A DNA stretch of 64,000 nt from Camelus dromedarius (lineage: Eukaryota), in contig NC_087436.1 of NCBI RefSeq assembly GCF_036321535.1, positions 29,266,001-29,330,000 on the forward strand, in the 5' to 3' direction. Numbering within the stretch: the stretch's first letter is position 1; each line of letters starts with the position of its first letter. Positions 37,745-50,996 of the stretch are shown piece after piece. The translations under genes were made by a program, and so were the position numbers. The notes under the pieces are model-generated. The model ran no database searches. It was given only the letters and a program-made list of their open reading frames with translations, and was not told where the DNA came from.

Positions 37745-40700
37745 AGTCAGTCATTGCCTTCCTCCATTACCATGTTACTTCTGCCTTCAACTAGCACATT
37801 CAGCTGGTTCTTCAATCTTTGGAGTGAGTCTGATATTTACCCTTGCAGCACTTGGTGGTTCTGTGTGCACTGCACACTGATATCCTCCACTAATACCTAT
37901 CAGGGGACATTGACATTTGAAGCAATTAGAGGCACTTTGAGGATTAACTGAATGCCAGAAATACACCTTTACATCCATCTTGGTAATAATATCATAAAAT
38001 TTTTAAAAAATGTTATTGAAGTATAGTTGGTTTACAATATTATATTAGTTTCAGGTGTACAGCACAGTGATTCAATCTTTTTATAGTTTATACGCCATAT
38101 AATGTTATTATCTGTTCTTTGGATAAGCAGGATTAATTTCCCAAGTCAACCCCTTTTTTCCCTCTTTTGTTATGATCATATGGAGTCCAACATGGCTGCA
38201 TTAACAACCTTCAATGTAACCGTGTGCTACACCCTGGAATGATTATGCCTCCCTTAAATACCAGAACCTCCAAACAAGCAAAGTCCAAAATGGCAGAAAT
38301 GGGGGAAAATCAAGTATCTCATTAGCTGTAATAGAATGAGATTCTTTGGATTGGAAATGATACATTGGCTATGAAGGAAAGATCATACTATATTAGCTGT
38401 TACTTTGAGCAAAGTGTGGATCTGAGAACAGCACTGCTAAATTTCAAGATGTTTTTGAGATCTTTGGCTGTAAGTGAGTTTTCCAGAGCCTCTAATTCTA
38501 TTCTATAACAGTAGTTGCTTCTAGGTAAATATATTACATGGTGTGACCAGTGAATCTTGAAGACAAGCTCATTTTCTATATAAAATGAAGCCCTTCTTTG
38601 AGATACTATTGTGTGGAATATCATGATGGGCTGTTAAGCATTTAGAAGATTCATAGTCGCTACCGCCAGTAGAATTGTGCTGGTGAGGAAGACCAGTAAA
38701 GATAAAAAACAAGGGAAAATCACTGTGTCCTCCATGATAGAAGGGGACCAATGTACTTGATCTGACACTGGGTGGCTCTCTGGGCTTCTTAAGATGTGAC
38801 ATCAGTTGGAGCAGTTTATCATGTGTCTTTAAATTTGCAGATTAGACACTTAGCAGTAGCAGTGATCACCCGTGACAGAGAAAATTCATATCTTTGATCC
38901 AGTGCATAATCTCTATTCCTGTCACCACAGCAAATTGCATGAGCCATTTGATAAAGCATTGAGATGACTGGCTAGAGAAATATGATTTCTGTGAAGAAAT
39001 TGTATTGTTCACCTGGTTATTGAGATGTTCTCTAAGATATTAAGCATTCATATGGAAACAAGCATTTTGTGAGGTTTATCCTTATATGTCTAGCTACACT
39101 TTCTATTATTGATTTACACAATTCTCTGATCCTTCATGAAAACAATTAACTTATGTCCAAAAATCACTGTAGATCTAAAACTCCAGTGGTAATCATTCTT
39201 TCTTGGTAATTAGGAAGCCCAAATATACTCCCTGAAGTTCCTAATCCACATGTCATTCAGAGTTGCCTTAAAACGAGAACAAATGACTGTAGTAGTCATT
39301 TTCTATCAAGGAATTTCTAGGCTTTCAATCTCAACTTATCTTAGGCCAGTATTGGATCTGCATTTCATCTACTGCTTTGGTAATTAGAACCACTCTCAGA
39401 AAATCAAGGTAGCATTTTTTATATGAGATATCTGGTATATGCACTCATATCTATGAATTTCTTCTGCTTTAAAATTGTTTTTCACTCTCTGTTCTAGACG
39501 CCTCAGAATGCATCCCCACATACATTCTTCCCTCTATTCCCCTTATAATGATAAAATGTTAAATCTCGTCTAGTGGGTAAGCATTTCATTCAAGGTACAA
39601 CTTAATTATCAGCTCTCTGTGCTATGCTGATTTCTGGCCTCTAATTTAAATCTGCAGCAGATGGAGGGTGGCATGGAAAGACCTGACTTGCTGTTACAAA
39701 GGAATATTTTGGGTGATTCATCAGTCAGAGAAGAAGGTTGGCTTATTCCTGGGGGAGATCCTTGGTGTGAGTTGGATATTTCAAAGTACTGTGAGTCATC
39801 CACACTTCCTAATTGCCGTTACTACATTTCGGAATCCACCTAGTTCCATAAATTTTCTAACTTTCGCTAAAGATATCTGGCAAATTGAACCTACATTATA
39901 ATTCACCAACCCACAGAATGAGACTTGGAATCTCATTTTCAGGTATAGCAACCCTATTGTTATAAGAGCTAAAATAATCCTTTATGTCAGTCATAGAAAC
40001 CCTCAGATCTTCTGACTTTGCTATGAGTTGAGAAATTAAAAGCTGGTGCCATTTATTTTATATTTTTTAAAGATTTTCCTGATGGATTAAAACACCCAGA
40101 CTTCCCGTGGTCTTTTTATTACTTGCAAAACCGCTAATCATTTTCACAGCAAATGTTTGGTCACCAGGACTTACCTTCAGTGACTTATGTTACTTAATTT
40201 CAGGTGTTCATCAGTGATAATCCAAGTAATAAACATGGGGTTTTAATGGGCTAACTTTTTCCTCACGTTATTGCCTTTAAACCTAACTAGAAAATTCCAA
40301 CTTCCCATTTTCTTGAGAATGTGTGGCCAATGGCTGTTACTGAAATAATTAATCAAGCAAGTAATGCTTTGAGTTGTTAGCAACAGTCCCGTCTTAGCTA
40401 TTTAGATAGATTGTAGCTATTGGAAGGTGGAACCTCTAGAAACATCTACCACTCCACACTGCGGAATGGGACCACCAAGAAGAGTAGTATTTGCTGGCTC
40501 ACAATCAGAAAGTGGCACAGCTATGAGTGCTGTTTATTGAACAAACTCTCCTCTGCCAAGAAGAGGAAGCTGCCAGATTTGAAGCAGTCTCTTGGATCAG
40601 GACATCAGTACAACAGCGGCAGGATCCAAAAGCACACTTTCTCTTCCATAATCTGCTTCTTCAAAATAGATGCCTTCTTCTACATGGAGCTTAACCCTTC

Positions 40701-40860
40701 CTCAAAAGCCAATGGCTGAATCTATGTCACACCTAAAATCTTAAGTAGGAAAAGGTCTAGGAAGTGTAGTTTAACCTTTCATGTTCTACTCTTCCACTGG
40801 GAGGTGTGATTAAAAGGAATTAGAGTGAGTATTGAGTAAACTAATTCATATCATCAGTGT
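37745..40860 (-). mobile_element. Degenerate ERVL-class provirus remnant (LTR ~40390-40860, gag-like region, pol/integrase remnant)
   Basis: Minus-strand ORFs give KCLTAHHDIPHNSIS and IHWSHHV..P, matching ERVL integrase ECLIHRHGIPHSIAS and GIHWSYHVPHHP; tgtgtggaatatcatga, catggtgtgaccagtgaat, gcagattagacacttagcagt are colinear with recalled ERVL pol; LTR part has ggtctaggaagtgtagttt. Confidence 0.75.
38000..38110 (-). mobile_element. Very short L1 3' tail inserted in the ERVL remnant
   Basis: ttattgaagtatagttggtttacaatattatattagtttcaggtgtacagcacagtgattca. Confidence 0.8.
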
Positions 40861-42114
40861 AAAACTGTTGGACTTTTAAATTATGTCATCTATATATTTT
40901 TTAAGTTTTGTAACTTATATGCATAAGGTTTAAAAAAGTCTTTATTCTGTAAAATAGAATGTTGCCTGTCAATAAAAGGAAAAGAGAAAAGAATAAATTT
41001 ATCTTTATAGAACTGAATAAAATTACTCTTAGGTAGGTCTTTGTTACTTATTTAATTAAAAAAAATAGAAAAAATATATGGTCAGATAGAAGAATCTGCA
41101 AATAAGAGCATGTTAATTTTTAGTCTGATTCATAATTTAATAAAAATAAAAAATCCAGAATAATTATATTCTACAGAGATTTCTGATTTACTATTTTCTA
41201 TTTTAAAAACTTTGTTATGCCACTAATAATTAGTCAAAATATTTAACTATTAATTATAAAAAGTGAAGAAATCAGTTCACAGCATCATATTAAATAAACT
41301 TCAGCAGGATATTGCCAAAAGCTTATGTAATAAAAATGCTGTTTCAGTTTGTTGGAGGACAAGATGGAAAAAGTAGTCAAGGGTAAATAAGGGTCGTAAA
41401 AGAGATAAAATATAAAATTCATAGAATTACCAAAACAGAATACAAAACTAAGTTTCAGAAATATTAGGGAAAAAAGATAAAAGTAGAAGAGGGAAAAAAT
41501 TAATAAGGAAAGATAATATAGAAAGCCAGTAGGTTGAGAAAAGACATTTGAGTATTTTAAAGGTGGCCTTGATAATTTATTTATCAAATGGACAAAATGT
41601 AAACACTATTAACTATGTTTGAAGACAGAAATAAAACCTACCTTGTGAAGAAGGGTTAAATTACCAAATTACTAAATATATATAAGTAATATATATCTGT
41701 TATACATATAGTATATATGTATGTGTATGTATATAACAAGGGAGAAAATACATATATATTACATATATTTTACAAAAGAAGAAATGAGGGAGATTTCTTA
41801 ATTTAGGTAAACATGTGAAGTATTCAGAGCTAGTATTATCCTAAGGAAACACAATTTCTAAGTTCAGAGCAATCTACCACTTGTTTTCCTGGGTAGCAAT
41901 ACTTATATTAGAAAAGAAGTACTCCACTTGTTGTTGAGATATATTATTAGCCTGTATCACATAGCGTTTCCAGGTAGAGTTTTATTATTCTGAATAGCAA
42001 CTACCATTTGCATGGACTTAGCATAGGATCAATGTTAGGGAACGCTTATCATTGTCTTCAGAGTCTGTATCAAATTATGTGAGTGATCACAAACCACATA
42101 AGGATTATGATAAT

Positions 42115-42315
42115 GGCACTTAACATTTGTACCATCCATTGTGAAAAATGTTTTCCCATGAATTATCAGATTCAGTTCCTCCCAACAATCACATGTTTTA
42201 CTCTATTTACCAAAATCAAAGGGAGCCTCATGATTATTTCTTAATATCTAATGTTATTAATAAAAAATAGTACTAAATTTTATTTTCAAAAAGTCCAGTT
42301 CCCTTCTATTTTACC
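42115..42315 (-). mobile_element. MIR remnant
   Basis: taacattt..ttttcccatgaattatc..cctcccaacaatc..ctatttac; strongly diverged. Confidence 0.35.
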
Positions 42316-43034
42316 ATAAACCCCATTAAGATCAATAGATTTTCCTCAACTATCATCTTGTTGCTGACCAAGTTTTTAGATTATTACAGGCTATAAGCAT
42401 GATTCAAGTTATTGGAGGTTTTAACTACTCATTTTTAAAAAGTAATTTTATTTTTCATATATGATCTAAATTAACTTGAAGACCTGACTACTATTCTAAG
42501 TATGGAAGAGAAAAAGTTAAGAATGAACTTGAATACATTAAGTTATGATAATTTAGTTTCTTTCAGGCAAACACACTGCATAAATTAAGGGAGCAGAGTG
42601 GGAAGAAAAGAAAGAAAATGTAGATGATTGAAGTACAGTTTTCATTCATTTACTAATTACATAACACTCCTTAAATAAAAATCTCACAATGTTTTTTTCC
42701 TTATTTATGCAATGGTTGGAATCAATAGGGAGTGCAAGCTACATATCAAGTGCTATAATTGTGAGGTTTGACGATGCAGTTCTGATTTGAGGATGCAGAA
42801 CACTTTGAGAATGGAAATATGATTATGACATAAAATCAATTTAAAGGGGCCCTGTGTGTTTCGGTGTGTCAGGCATCTCCACAGTATCGAACATTTGTCC
42901 TGGAATGTTCATCTTTTAGCAAAGTATTTTTATTAATAACTAATAAACTAAGCTGCAAATGGATTTTTTAGAACTCCACTTTGTACTGTGAATGTCGCCA
43001 TGTTCTCAGTTATGGTGGCATGAATCATATGTCC

Positions 43035-44270
43035 ACTGAATAGAAGAGGGAAACATTCCAGATACATTTTGCAAAGCCAGTCTGATACCAAAACCAGAGA
43101 AGAACGTCACAAAATAGAAGATTATAGGTCAACATCCTTGATGAACATAGATGCAAAATCCTCAACAAAATATTACTAAACCACATCCCATGGTACATTT
43201 AAGAGCATCATACACCATGATCAAGTGTGCTTTATTACAAGCATGCAAGAATGGTTCAACAACTTCCAGTCAATCAATATGATGCGTCAAATTAACAAAA
43301 TGAAGGATAAAAATCACATTATCATCTCAAAAGATACAAAAGAGCATTTATGATAGAAACTTTCAAAAAGTGGATATAGAGAGAACATACTTTAATATAA
43401 TAAAAGCCCACAGCTAAAAGCCAACAGCCAAATCAAAAAATGGACAGAGGATCTGAATACACATTTATTTAAAAGAAATAGAGATGACCAACAGATGCAT
43501 GAAAAGATGTTCAACATCACTAATTGTTAGGGAAATGCAATGAAATATCACCTTACACCTGTTAGAATGGCTAGTACTGAAAAGATAAGAAACAAGAAAT
43601 CTTGGAGAGGATGTGGCGGAAATGGAACTCTTGTAGGCTGTTGGTGGAACTGTAAATTGGTGCAGCCACTATGGAAAACAGTGGATATTCTTCAAAAATG
43701 TAAGAATAAAACTACCACTTGACCTAGCTATTCCACTTCTGGGCATTTATCCAAATAACAGGAAAACACTAGTTCAAAAAGACAAATGCACTCCTAGGTT
43801 CACTGCAACATTAGTTACAATAGCCAATACATGAAACCAACCTGTGTCCATCAATGGAGAAATGGATAAAGATGTGGTATATATATATGCAATGGAATAC
43901 TAAGACATAAAAAAGAATGAAATTCTTCCATTTTTGATAACTTGGATGAACTTTGAAGGTATTAGACTAAGTACCATGAGTCAGACAGAGAAATACAGAT
44001 ACCATATGATTTCACTCATATGTAGAATCTATAAACAAAGCAAAACAAATGAGCGAACAAAGTAAAACAAAAATAAACTCATAAACTCACAAATACAGAG
44101 GTCACATTAGTGGTTACCAGAGAGGAAATGAGTTGGAGGATGGATGAAAGAAGTGAAGAGGGTCAACTGTATGTGATGGGTGGTAACTAGACTTGTGGGA
44201 GTGACCACTGTATAGTGTACACAGATGTGGACATCTAATGCTGCAAACCTGAAATTTACATAATAAAAAA
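43035..44270 (+). mobile_element. L1 (Laurasiatherian-age) with RT N-terminal piece joined directly to ORF2 C-terminus and 3'UTR
   Basis: ctgataccaaaaccag, gatgaacatagatgcaaaatcctcaacaaaata, catacaccatgatcaagtg (RT start); ORF 43540-43722 [30 protein letters not shown]; 3'UTR ending cctgaaatttacataataaaaaa. Confidence 0.9.
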
Positions 44271-46309
44271 CTATGTCATTTAAATTATTTTTATGTCCTC
44301 ACTTCCCTCTCAAAATTTCTGAGTTTAAATATAAACCAATTTTTTTGGTAAATCTACTTATAGTACTAGGATAGATAGATAGAAAATGTAAGAAGAAATA
44401 ATTTTATTGTATCATTAGCTGAAAGTGTTACAGGAGACATGGGAGAGGAAGGTAGCTATAGAGGTCAAGGGAAGAACTAGAAGAATGTAGCTCAGTTTTC
44501 AGTACCTCTAATATCATACAAAATATGTCATTACTATAGAGACTGGTACCCTAGCAGGATTTTTTTTAAAAAGGAGCTTTAATTAAAGAAAATCTAAAAG
44601 GTCATGAACGAATGCGTTTTGGATTTATCATTTTCACAATCTAGATTTATCAAATGTATAATGCTTTATTATAGATAAAAGAAGTCTCCTATCGATCTAT
44701 AAAACATCAGTGGAAGTTCAAGACTATTTTGTATGTATGAGATACAGTTTTAAATCAAATCACACAGTTAGTAGGTGAATAATCCTAATTTTCTTAAATT
44801 CATCTTTCTGAGGATAAGGAAATAGAAGTTTATAATATTGAAAAAAAGATTATATTTCAGGACTAATGACCTCTTAGGCAAATTATTTACCATAGACTCT
44901 CACCATCTTTCTCTTTATGTATTTGCATTTCAGCCAGAGGTTTTAAAGGAAAGAGTATTTGGGGACAGAATTATTTATATAGTTTACCTTAAAGAGCATT
45001 TTATATATTAATGTGAAGTATATATTTAATGATTTAGAGGCAACCTATTTTGAACAAACAATAAATTCTATTCTAATATAATCTACACTACAAAAAAAAG
45101 AATAAAAACAAGCCAGATTTTGGGTGGGGAGGGATCCTAGGCCAAAAAAAAAAAGAATGAAAACTTAGCTAATTTGAAAGAAAATTCAAAGAATGTCTAC
45201 ATTAATAATTTCTCTGAAGTAGGTATTTGTTTATAAGTTGAAAATCAATTTAATTTAAAATCATCCAAATTGTATGAGCAGAAGTGACATCATTAGTATT
45301 TTATGTACCTTTATAGATTAAAAAATGAGAATAAGAATATAAGTGAAATAGGATATTGAATTATCTGAGCAAGAAAAAGACATTCTTTGATTTGTGTGCT
45401 TTCTTTCAAGAGAACAACTTTTTATCAAAAAAGTGCATTTATTAAGGTTATGTAGAGTATGATTAAACAGGTAATCTGTGAGAGGATTTAGCAAATGAAC
45501 AGCATATATTACGTGCTTGAATGCTAATTTGAAGGAAATATAGTTAACTTTTATATATATTTCTATATATGTAATTTATTAGTAATGAGAGGAGTATTAT
45601 ATTTTTCATTGGTGAGTAAGTACTAAAGCATTAATTAAAGACTTGAATATTTATACTATATTCCCGATGACTAAGAATACAATCCCGATCATTCTAAGAA
45701 TACAAAATGCAACTCTTGCCGAATAAACCATGTAGCGTATAACACAGCTTTCAAAAAACATAAAACACTAACTAAAAAGCTTTATAATGAGAGATAATTG
45801 CATTTAGAGCCAACATCAGTCACAAAAAATGGGACTTAAAATATGAGGTAGACAGGTGTGACGGCTGACTTGATAAACAGCAGCCAATCTACGTGCGTTT
45901 CTAATTAGAGGATTAAAGAAAACATTTTCAATTCTAACATAGCTATTTTTTCTTTTTGTCTTCTGCACTAATTTAAAAGTATTGATGATTTGGTAAAATT
46001 GCTAATTCGAGTGTTTTTTGACTAGCCAATCACAATAATTGGCTATAGATGTCACACCATTAAAAATGTCACAGGAAATATCCAAAACAAGCCAGAAGTT
46101 TCAACTACCACCCTTAAGAGAGCGTTTCTTTTTGCTAAAAATAAGAACTAAATAGAATGGCCGGTGATTTAGGTATTGGAGACACATGCTAATTAATAAT
46201 AAAATTTCCCCAAAATTGAAATCAAGAAGGAAAATGAACCTAAAATATCCTCAGTTGATAAGGAGTCAATAGCTCCCAGTTTGGCTGTGCTTTTACTTTG
46301 CAGTCACTG

Positions 46310-46510
46310 AGCTAACTGCTTTCAATGGATTACTTCATTTAACTCTCAAAACAATGCTATTACAAATGCTTTTACAATACCAGCAGGGAGACTGGAGCTT
46401 AGAATACTTAATTCTATGCTCAAGGCCATACAGCTAGTATGTTAAAGTCCCAGGATTAATATTCCAGGCCCTATGATTTTGCAGTTACACTTTCTTAACC
46501 ACTACTGCAG
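46310..46510 (-). mobile_element. MIR SINE
   Basis: cttcatttaactctcaaaacaa, ggagactggagcttaga, gctcaaggccatacagctagt, cttaaccactactg. Confidence 0.7.
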
Positions 46511-49500
46511 CTGCCTCCCACCCTTCGCTCCGGTTCCTCATGTGGGGGCAGGGGGAGGGCCACACACATCCAAGAGGGTGGAAGGACGGCTTTGTTTGAT
46601 GAATGTTCTTGTCTCTCTCCACGTCTCATTTGGTTGGCCTGCAGGATTGAGGACAAGTTTATGATTTGCTTTCATCATATTCCAGGGCTTTCAGGAAGAC
46701 AGTTTATCTCCATACTGTCTCTCACGTGAATTATGGTGAATATGTTTACCTGATTTGGGGATACATGTACATATAATTAGGTTAGTAGAAGTACCACTCG
46801 AAATATGAAGCAAATTAGGATAATGAAGGAGTGAGCAGGTTTTGAGAGTGCAAGGAAATATCTTTTGCTAATAAAATTACAGTTTTCTTTGTACAATGAG
46901 GACAGTAATAGTACAGACTCAGAATTTGAAGTATAAATGAGATATTATATGTAAATTTTGCTTATAAATAGTTGGATTTTAATTGTAGAAGTTTTTACAT
47001 AGTATTGAGGTTTTATGGTTTTATTTTTTTCCTACCTCTCATATATTACTTTACATTCTTGACAAAGTGAAGCCTTTTTACATGTATTTTATTTCAGAAG
47101 AAAATGCAGTTGTGGTGACTGTTATCACCAGGAAGGTCTATAAAAAAAGATGTTTTTAGAATACAGTCATACATTGCCCTTTAATTTTTACTTAGCTATT
47201 GAATATTATAAGGCTAAATGAAATTATGGAAATGTTGTTTGTAAACAATTTCTTATAAATTCAACAAGACAGTTTTAATATTGAATTTTAATTTATTGTG
47301 ATATTCAGGGAAATATTTGGATCTTAAAAATCTTTAGACTCTTCAAGTCACATCTCAGAGCTGTAAGCACACAAGTGCTCATTAAGATAGCCAGCTTGTT
47401 GACTGTCACAGGGTATCAGTTCAAAAGATACATTGAACACATGAAAAGCAAGGCGATAGGAATAACATTTACCTTACCATTAATTTTAAGTTTAAAAATT
47501 ACATGTGAATACATTTCAGAAAGGCCATTTATATATGTGCTCCTGTTTAAGAAAGTTTCATTATTACATTAAAGCATCGTGATGCTGTAAGACTGGTAAT
47601 TTATAATATTTGAGATTTGAAAACACTTTTGCCAATGTATTTAAATGTATTTTCCTCAAAAGTTTAAAAGTGAGATTTAACTGGTGCAATTTGAGAGAAA
47701 ATGTGTGCCATGTAACCTAATTGCCAAAGCCAGAATTCAGTGTCAAACGAATCAACCAAATCAGAGTTTCTATCCAAAATGTCTGCCTTCATTTTTCAAT
47801 TCAGAAAACATGCTAATGACCATTTCCATGAAAACTATCTGGTTTCTGAGTTCTAATTCTAAGATAAAATAAGCAAAATTCAGACCTTGCCACACATTTG
47901 TTACTTGCATGTAATAAGATGTCACCATCCTCAGTGTTTCACTTTGTTCTCTTCTCTTCTGTCATGGAAATCTCCTCAGCAGTGATCATTAGGGAATAGA
48001 AGAGGTGAGGTCATGAAATAAAATCTGTCATCAACCTCACCGCATTTTGCAATATAATATCCCTACGAGGAAAAAATATGCTGTTTTGATACCCTCAATA
48101 GCAGTACCTATAAAAGAGAGAAAGACATACCTTCGTGGTAGTTAAAGGAAGCTTCACGAGTATATATATTTTAAATTGTTCTTTGTTTAGCACCCCAGCA
48201 TTTTTGCACCCCACATTCACCATGGAAACATTCCAGAGAAGATGTCTTCCTTATAAAGCTGGAAAGGGTAGCAGAGGGAGAAGGCCTTGGAATGGGAGGA
48301 ATGGATGGAGATGAACTTTGTCTGCAGGTGCAGTTTCAGGAAAGTCAGTTTTAGGGAAAAGTCTATATGGAAGTTAAGGACCTGGGAGTTATTGCCACAA
48401 CACTCTGTACCAGCATGCTAGTCTGAAATTCTCCTATTCCCCACTAGTGTGAGTGTCATAACTTGAAAATCTCTGCATCATCCTGTGTTGACCTCCGAAT
48501 AGTCTGAGGTAAAGAATGAAAGTATGAAAAAATAACTAAACTCAGTGGAGTTACCAGATTTTTTTTAAAGCCCACTCAATGTAATTCAGTGCAATGTTTT
48601 TAGTAACTCAAAATAGATTTTGATTAATCTTGTAACAAAAAAATTAAGTTTTTTCAAACAAGTTTATACATTATTTTAATGTTTAGTTGAATGCTTTGTG
48701 GGAACAGTTCATTTTATTTCAAAAGAATTAAAGTAGGAAGACAATGTAAAGCAGTTTGCAGCTGAATTCAAATGATGCTTAGTTTTACAAGTCAAGCTAT
48801 ATCAATGATAGCAGAAGTTGTTCTGAAAAAAGTCAATGCACGAATCAATATATGTATCATTGTTTCATTACTGAAATGCATGTAACCCTTTGTTTAAAAC
48901 TACAAAGAGGGATATAATTCATAACTTATATTTAAAATAGTAAATTCAAGTAGTCACACATTCATTAAATAAACTAACCATTAGTAAGTTTTTAAAAATA
49001 TAGTTGAATGTATAAAATAGACATTGCCTCATTACTGTTTGTTTGATCTTGTTCCATCAAGACAAATTTTAAGAAGCATACACATTACTATAGCCATCCC
49101 CTTTCTTTTGGAGCAAATTTAGAATTATCATGAAAAAGTAACAGATTTAAGATCTTGACACCCAGGAAAAGGGTAAAAGGCACATTCATTGTCATTTTCA
49201 TTTAAACTGAAGCTCGGAACAAGCTGACGGTACAAAAACAGCAACAGCAGCAGTGAAAACCAAACCCCAAGGGTTTGCTTCTAAACATAATGTAGTTTCT
49301 GTTTATCTAGTTTTAATTTATTTTGATATGATTTTTTGTGGTCACTCATGAAAATATTATAGTAATCACAACATCTAATTTAAAACTGAAATCACATTTA
49401 AATAATTCAGAAAGCATACTTTTAAGTTCCTTTGAAAGATAATCAAGTTTTAATGCCACTTGAAATGCCTTCCTGTCCCTTAAGTAATCCCAGTATCAGT

Positions 49501-50535
49501 CTAAACTGTTCCTGACCAACAATAGAAACAGAAAAATGAATAGTGTATCGACGGTTTGATGAAGATGCCACGGAAAAACTAGGGGGAAGTGTTTTTCCAA
49601 CAACAAAAATAATTATAATCCCTTTCTCATTGCAGTGGGTATTTCATAGCTCAAATGTGTCAGGTTTTTAAAGGTTTTCTCATAAATGAAGTCAATTGGA
49701 AAAGTAAGTGGAATCTGCTGTGTTTCTATTGAAAACATTCTTGTTTTTCCAGCACACAGTTTTTCCACCGGAAAGTGTACAAGATGACCCCTGAGTTATG
49801 TAAAATATTGTTGTATTCTCTTAATCAGTTCCATTTGAAATGTGGCTTAGGTTGAGAACCTTTTGAAAACTTTTAAAATAAAATCAGATCACCTGAGAAT
49901 TTAAGATAGAAATGTAAGTTATAACAATAAAAAATGAGATATAATGGAATAAACTTAATATTAATTATTTTGATCAATCTGTTTATTCAAAGTAAAAATA
50001 TATTATTTTCAGTCTCTTTTCAATAATTGATTCTCCCTTTTGTGCTTCTTGTTTTTGCAAACTTAGGTTAGTAAATATTTAATTAAAAAAACTAAATATT
50101 TGGTCTATTGATTATTTGGATTTTAAGCATATTCTCCATGGGAAACATTTATATCCTTCACTTTATGTGTTCCTTTCAGTTTTATTAATTATTATAACTA
50201 TTAAGCTCATTAGCTCCTCTTTATTGATTTATATTCAAGTTTTTCAAATTGTTTTATGGCTTCTCAACTAAAAGCGGTATTGTAGTCTGAGAAAACATCA
50301 GTTTAAAAATATTATTTATACCTTCACTCTGAATACTTAATCTACTGAAATTTTTTCTCTCTTTTAATTCATTATTTTCCAATTATTGGATAGCTCAGAT
50401 CCTTCTTTTTATTTGCCTTATACATTTTCAAACATTAAAACATACCTAAAATATATAATGCTTAATAAGTTATTATATTCACTACATACTTGCTGCTTTA
50501 TACAAATCTTGATGTGAGTTATCACATACTGAAGT

Positions 50536-50996
50536 TGTAATGATTACATGTCAACGTCGCTAGGTTATGGTGCCTGGTTGTGTTTGGCTAAACACTAGAT
50601 GTGATGATATTTTACAGATGGAATTAACATCTACAACCAGTTTACTTTAAAGAAAAGAGAGCATCCTTGATAATGTAGGTGAGCCCCATCCAATCAGCTG
50701 AAGGACTTAAGCACAAAAACTAAGGTTTCTCTAAGAAGGAATTCTGTCTTACAACTGTGCTATAGAATTCTTGCCTGATTTTCCAACCTTCCTGCCCAAT
50801 CTACAGATTGCAGACTCACAACTACAATATCAGCCCTTGTCTGACTTTCCATCCTTCTGACTTATCCTATGAATTTCAGATTTGCCAGCCCCACAATCAG
50901 ATGAGCCAATTCTTAAAATAATGTATTTTAAAATAACTCAATATATGTACATGTAGCCTATTGATTGTGTTTTTCTGGAGAATCCTGATGGATATA
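50536..50996 (+). mobile_element. MLT2D-like ERVL solo LTR
   Basis: tgtaatg..atgtcaac..gctaggttatggtgcc, catccaatcagctgaaggacttaag, atttcagatttgccagccccacaatc..gagccaattcttaaaata, cctattgattgtgtttttctggagaatcctga; TSD-like gaagt/gaaat. Confidence 0.9.

Noticed and set aside
45662..45705. Imperfect short duplication tcccgat..taagaatacaa
   Set aside because: Ordinary two-copy slippage duplication
48004..48041. Hairpin ggtgaggt...acctcacc
   Set aside because: Stem too short for a pre-miRNA; plausible by chance
50030..50072. Recursive-splice-like TAG|GTTAGT after a pyrimidine tract (similar AG|GT at ~24922 and ~58485)
   Set aside because: Donors are not the GTAAG/GTGAG typical of recursive sites; the 58485 site derives from antisense L1; host gene unknown
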